This document shows positions 28,530-32,000 of a stretch of 32,000 nucleotides of DNA, one piece after another. Made by a program: the position numbers and the translations under genes. The notes under the pieces were generated by a model. The model did not search any database. It saw only the letters and a list, made by a program, of their open reading frames with translations, and was not told the origin of the DNA. The DNA comes from an uncultured Chloroflexia bacterium (lineage in GTDB: Bacteria; Chloroflexota; Ktedonobacteria; Ktedonobacterales; JADMIN01). The stretch covers positions 960,001 through 992,000 of the forward strand of contig CAVRAI010000015.1 of the NCBI GenBank assembly GCA_963718915.1, written 5' to 3'. Position 1 is the stretch's first letter. Each line of letters begins with the position of its first letter.

Positions 28530-29261
28530 ATGACGCATCTTTACCTCATTCGCCACGGCGAGGCATACTCCAACATCGAGCTTGATGGCAACGGCACGGT
28601 GCCAGGGCTGCGCGGCGACAAAGGGCTAACCCCACGCGGACGTGCCCAGGCAGAGCGCTTGCGCGACCGGTTGGCCCGCAGCGGCGAGATTCGTGCCAAT
28701 GCGCTACTCGCCAGCACTCTCCCCCGCGCCTGGCAGACCGCCGAGATCATCGCTCCCGCGTTTGGTCTGCCGATCATTCCCGACGACGACCTGCAAGAGA
28801 TGCGCGCGGGCGATGAGGTCGATGGCATGACCGAGCGCGACCTGTTGGAACGCTATACGATCCCCGACTACCGGGAGACGCCCTATGCGCACATTGCTCC
28901 CGACGGCGAGAACTGGGGTGAGTTCATCCTGCGGGTTGGCACGATGTTCGACCGGGTGACGCGCGCATACGCCGACCAGACAGTGGCGCTGGTGACGCAC
29001 GGTGGAGTCATTGACGCCTCGATCATGATCTTCTTCCAGATCCATACGCTTACGGTGCCGCCGTTTGCGCTCTACACGCACAACACCGCGATTACTGAGT
29101 GGGAGTTGGAGCAAAGCGATGGCTTTCGCGAGCGAGCGACCGGGCCGTCTCGCTGGCGGCTGGTACACTACAACGACGACTACCACATCCGCGAGATACC
29201 CGACCATGCTGAGTCGTCTCCGCACTCCGCTGCGGAGGCGATGGAAGGCGGCGATTCCTGA
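28530..29261 (+). CDS. Histidine phosphatase (phosphoglycerate mutase) family protein, paralog 2
   Basis: LYLIRHGEAYSN, GLTPRGRAQAERLRDRL, ASTLPRAWQTAEII and THGGVIDA are collinear with the upstream paralog. Confidence 0.85.
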   Translation: MTHLYLIRHGEAYSNIELDGNGTVPGLRGDKGLTPRGRAQAERLRDRLARSGEIRANALLASTLPRAWQTAEIIAPAFGLPIIPDDDLQEMRAGDEVDGMTERDLLERYTIPDYRETPYAHIAPDGENWGEFILRVGTMFDRVTRAYADQTVALVTHGGVIDASIMIFFQIHTLTVPPFALYTHNTAITEWELEQSDGFRERATGPSRWRLVHYNDDYHIREIPDHAESSPHSAAEAMEGGDS

Positions 29262-29290
29262 TTTCTTGGGGTATAATGAAGGGGTGAATA

Positions 29291-29704
29291 ATGACGCCGC
29301 GCAAGGATGTCGCGGCAGGGAAGGAGTGGTCGTCCATGTATCAGTATCAGGTTCCGATGCATCGCCTGTTCTGGCACGCGCTGCGCCTGCGCTGTCCCTA
29401 TTGCGGGCAGGGTAAGCTGTTCAGCCACGGCTTCACCATGAACGATCACTGCTCGAACTGTGGCTGGATATTCGAGCGCGAGGAGGGCTACTGGACCGGC
29501 GCGGTTGCCGTTAATCTGGTGGTGGCGGAATTCCTGGCGGCGGCAGGCGCTATCCCGCTGGCGATCATGCAAGTATCGCCGCTGCTGGTCATGGGCATCG
29601 GAATTCCGCTGGTGATCGCCATGCCGTTCCTGTTCTACCGCCACTCCAAGAGCTTCTGGATGGCGCTCGATTTCATGATCCACGCGCCTTCAGCCACCCT
29701 CTGA
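29291..29704 (+). CDS. DUF983-like small membrane protein with N-terminal zinc ribbon
   Basis: LRCPYCGQGKLFSHGFTMNDHCSNCGWIFEREEGYWTGAVAVNLVV is followed by TM segments. ATG 29336 is an alternative start. Confidence 0.7.
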   Translation: MTPRKDVAAGKEWSSMYQYQVPMHRLFWHALRLRCPYCGQGKLFSHGFTMNDHCSNCGWIFEREEGYWTGAVAVNLVVAEFLAAAGAIPLAIMQVSPLLVMGIGIPLVIAMPFLFYRHSKSFWMALDFMIHAPSATL

Positions 29705-29909
29705 CATGCCTTGGTACCCCTTTCTTGCTTGCTCTACATAATTGTGGTAGATTGTTTGCATACCGCAGGGCCTGCGGAAATGTACGCCTGTGGAGCGGTG
29801 GCAATAACCAAGTCACCAACGACCGTGTAAGACCAACCGTGCTTGCCTTCGGGTATCTCGGGTGGCAGTGGTCGGCCCAGGAATCTCCCGGCTTTGGCTA
29901 TGGAGAAGG

Positions 29910-30920
29910 TCAAGATCCACCCGGTTTCTTTAACCGAGCGGAACTAGCCGCGCGCTCCGCCTGTACCTTTGCCGCGCGCTCGCGCCCAATCTTGGGAAGC
30001 CGGTTGCGAAAGACTGGCGCGATCACATTCTTGACGAACTGTGCCGAAATTGGCCCGCGGATCTGCGCGGCGAATGGCAACACCGGCACGTCGGCCAATT
30101 GCATCATGGCGACCGTGCCATCGCTATGATATCTGCCGCCATCGCCGTTATCGCGCTGAATTTCGTGCCCGAAGCCACGGGCATACTCGACGTGTACGAC
30201 CCAGCCCGTCGCCGAGAGATCTTCGACCAGAAAGTCACGCTCGATATCCACATCAGGCGAAATCAGATGGGTGGGCATGTGGGTGCGTGGTGAGAGCGCC
30301 ACTCTAATGTCTTTCGTCGCTCCGCCAACCCAGAGCGGCCGCCCATTCTTGTCGGGGACGGACGTTTTCCAGAAGCGGACGTGATCGCGCTCGCGCACGC
30401 TACGGCCAGGCTGCTCGAAGGCGATATCCTGGCGGCGGCCAAAGAGATAGAGGTTGCTGACGGGCGCCGTGCTATATTTGCGCGCTAGCAGCGAATCAAT
30501 CGAGATGCGCAATGCGGTGATGAAGGTGATTTCGTCGGCGCGGTACCAGCCAGCGTTGGCAAAAGCCGCGCCAAGCTGCGTTTCGGACGCCACCACGCGC
30601 ACATTCAAGGGGTCGCCAGGCACGCCGTTGCGGCGAAAGCTGGTGAGTGGTAGCGGATCCTGCTTAGCAGCGGAGATGCGGCGGCCCTCGCGGCCGACAC
30701 TGCGAAGACGGCGCCCAACACGTATCGTGCGCGCCACAAATAGCACGAGCAGTGTGAGGATCAGCGCCAGAGCAATATTGATTGCGATGATAACGGGGGT
30801 AGAGAATCCCTGCATCTGGCTGGGCAGGTCAATGGGGAATGGGAATGCGAACAGCATCATAGCGCCCATAGAATCTCTCCTCTTCCAGGCTAATGAACTG
30901 GCCGTGGATGTTGAAGACAT
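29910..30920 (-). CDS. LssY C-terminal domain-like membrane protein
   Basis: There is an N-terminal TM (VIIAINIALALILTLLVLFV). The segment DPLNVRVVASETQLGAAFANAGWYRADE...YLFGRRQDIAFEQP...RDHVRFW resembles the LssY_C family. The start codon is uncertain. Confidence 0.6.
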   Translation of the reverse strand: MSSTSTASSLAWKRRDSMGAMMLFAFPFPIDLPSQMQGFSTPVIIAINIALALILTLLVLFVARTIRVGRRLRSVGREGRRISAAKQDPLPLTSFRRNGVPGDPLNVRVVASETQLGAAFANAGWYRADEITFITALRISIDSLLARKYSTAPVSNLYLFGRRQDIAFEQPGRSVRERDHVRFWKTSVPDKNGRPLWVGGATKDIRVALSPRTHMPTHLISPDVDIERDFLVEDLSATGWVVHVEYARGFGHEIQRDNGDGGRYHSDGTVAMMQLADVPVLPFAAQIRGPISAQFVKNVIAPVFRNRLPKIGRERAAKVQAERAASSARLKKPGGS

Positions 30921-30956
30921 TGTACAGGCGCAACGCTCGCTCGAAAAGGAGCAAAT

Positions 30957-32000
30957 TCACACTATTTTTGGCGATTGGTGGCGTTTCATATTCGTCTGCT
31001 GTGGCTGTGGCGTCGCCTGCTGATCGCGTACCCGCTGGCGGTGCGCTGCTCGTCGGCGAGCTACGGGCGTGACACGCCACGGCGCGAAGGCCGCGACAAT
31101 CTGCCGTGGCAGCGTGCCCTCGATCAGTGTGCCTGTCTCCTGGGCCTCCTGCCGCATGACATGGCCGCGCCGATGAAACACCTCGACCATATCGCCTCGG
31201 TCGTAGGGTAGCAACACCGTGTAGCGTACCATCTCGTCGGCAAGCACCTCGCTGAGTTTGCGCAAGAGCAGATCAAGATTCGTCCCGGTGCGCGCTGATA
31301 CCGCGACAGCATTGGGATAGAGCGAAAGGTCAACCTCGTCGGGATTATCGAGCAGGTCGACTTTGTTGAGCGCCGTAATACGCGGCTTCTCGGCAGCGCC
31401 TAGCTCGCGCAATACGTCGTCTACCGTCTGGCTCTGCTCGATGGCGTTCTCATGCGTGGCATCCACCACTTCCAGCAGCACATCCGCCTCGACGACCTCT
31501 TCGAGTGTCCCGCGGAACGCCGCGACGAGCGTCGTCGGCAGCTTCTGGATGAAGCCGACGGTATCAGTCAGCAGCACCTCCTGGTGGCTGGGCAGCGTAA
31601 GGTAACGGGTTGTCGGGTCAAGGGTGGCGAAGAGCTTGTTCTCAGCCAGCACCGACGCCGCGGTAAGCTTGTTGAAGAGCGTGGACTTGCCCGCATTGGT
31701 ATAGCCCACCACCGCGACGACTGGAATGGCGCGTGCCTCGCGCTGTTGTCGCTGCAGACTGCGTTGCTGGCGGACTAACCCAAGATCCCGGTGCAGTTCG
31801 GCAATGCGCGCGCGGATTCTGCGGCGGTCAATCTCCAGCTTTGTCTCGCCGGGGCCGCGTACGCCAATCGCGCCGCCAACGCCACCACCGCCAGACCCAC
31901 GCGAGCCACCGCCCAGGCGCGACAACTCGCCGCGCGCGCTACCGGCAAGCCGTGGCAGACGGTACTCGAGTTGGGCCAGTTCAACCTGAAGCTGTCCCTC
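30957..32000 (-). CDS. hflX: GTPase HflX, partial; N-terminus runs off the window
   Basis: G motifs are VVGYTNAGKSTLFNKLT, DTVGF and NKVD. The frame stays open upstream of the listed TTG at 31925 (…EGQLQVELAQLEYRLPRLAGSARGELSRLGGG...), which is typical of the HflX N-domain and linker. Confidence 0.9.
   Translation of the reverse strand, partial: EGQLQVELAQLEYRLPRLAGSARGELSRLGGGSRGSGGGGVGGAIGVRGPGETKLEIDRRRIRARIAELHRDLGLVRQQRSLQRQQREARAIPVVAVVGYTNAGKSTLFNKLTAASVLAENKLFATLDPTTRYLTLPSHQEVLLTDTVGFIQKLPTTLVAAFRGTLEEVVEADVLLEVVDATHENAIEQSQTVDDVLRELGAAEKPRITALNKVDLLDNPDEVDLSLYPNAVAVSARTGTNLDLLLRKLSEVLADEMVRYTVLLPYDRGDMVEVFHRRGHVMRQEAQETGTLIEGTLPRQIVAAFAPWRVTPVARRRAAHRQRVRDQQATPQPQQTNMKRHQSPKIV

Overview
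High-GC bacterial chromosomal window, about 60% GC or more by eye. The phylum is not determinable from the sequence alone. Most of it is ordinary, densely packed housekeeping and metabolic genes. These include a partial BadF-type kinase, tlyA, an SCP2-like protein, RNase HI, a GH18-like protein, a LysM/M23 peptidase, a J-domain/WD40-like protein and transketolase. Further along are a GNAT, a class V aminotransferase, tilS, a threonine-aldolase-like lyase, an ECF sigma with a ZAS anti-sigma, a MaoC hotdog pair, a GT39 glycosyltransferase, pth and mfd. The window ends with an amidohydrolase, two tandem histidine phosphatases, a DUF983 protein, an LssY-like protein and partial hflX.

The stand-out locus is 16.4-18.9 kb, which carries the nucleic-acid hallmarks of a diversity-generating retroelement (DGR). 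A 125-bp variable repeat (VR, 17892-18016) forms the 3' end of a gene encoding an N-terminal TIR domain fused to a C-terminal FGE-sulfatase/C-type-lectin-fold domain. A 125-bp AAC-rich template repeat (TR, 18370-18494) lies 353 bp downstream. The two repeats differ at 13 positions, and every one is an adenine in the TR.

The architecture is non-canonical in four ways:
- No reverse transcriptase or Avd ORF is visible anywhere in the 32 kb.
- The TR sits in a non-coding stretch with its own candidate promoter and terminator-like hairpin.
- The target gene carries a 1-nt frameshift between the TIR and the VR-bearing part.
- The whole cassette is bracketed by an inverted pair of ~80-bp structured repeats.

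All protein family calls come from motif recognition by eye on the supplied translations. No database search was run.
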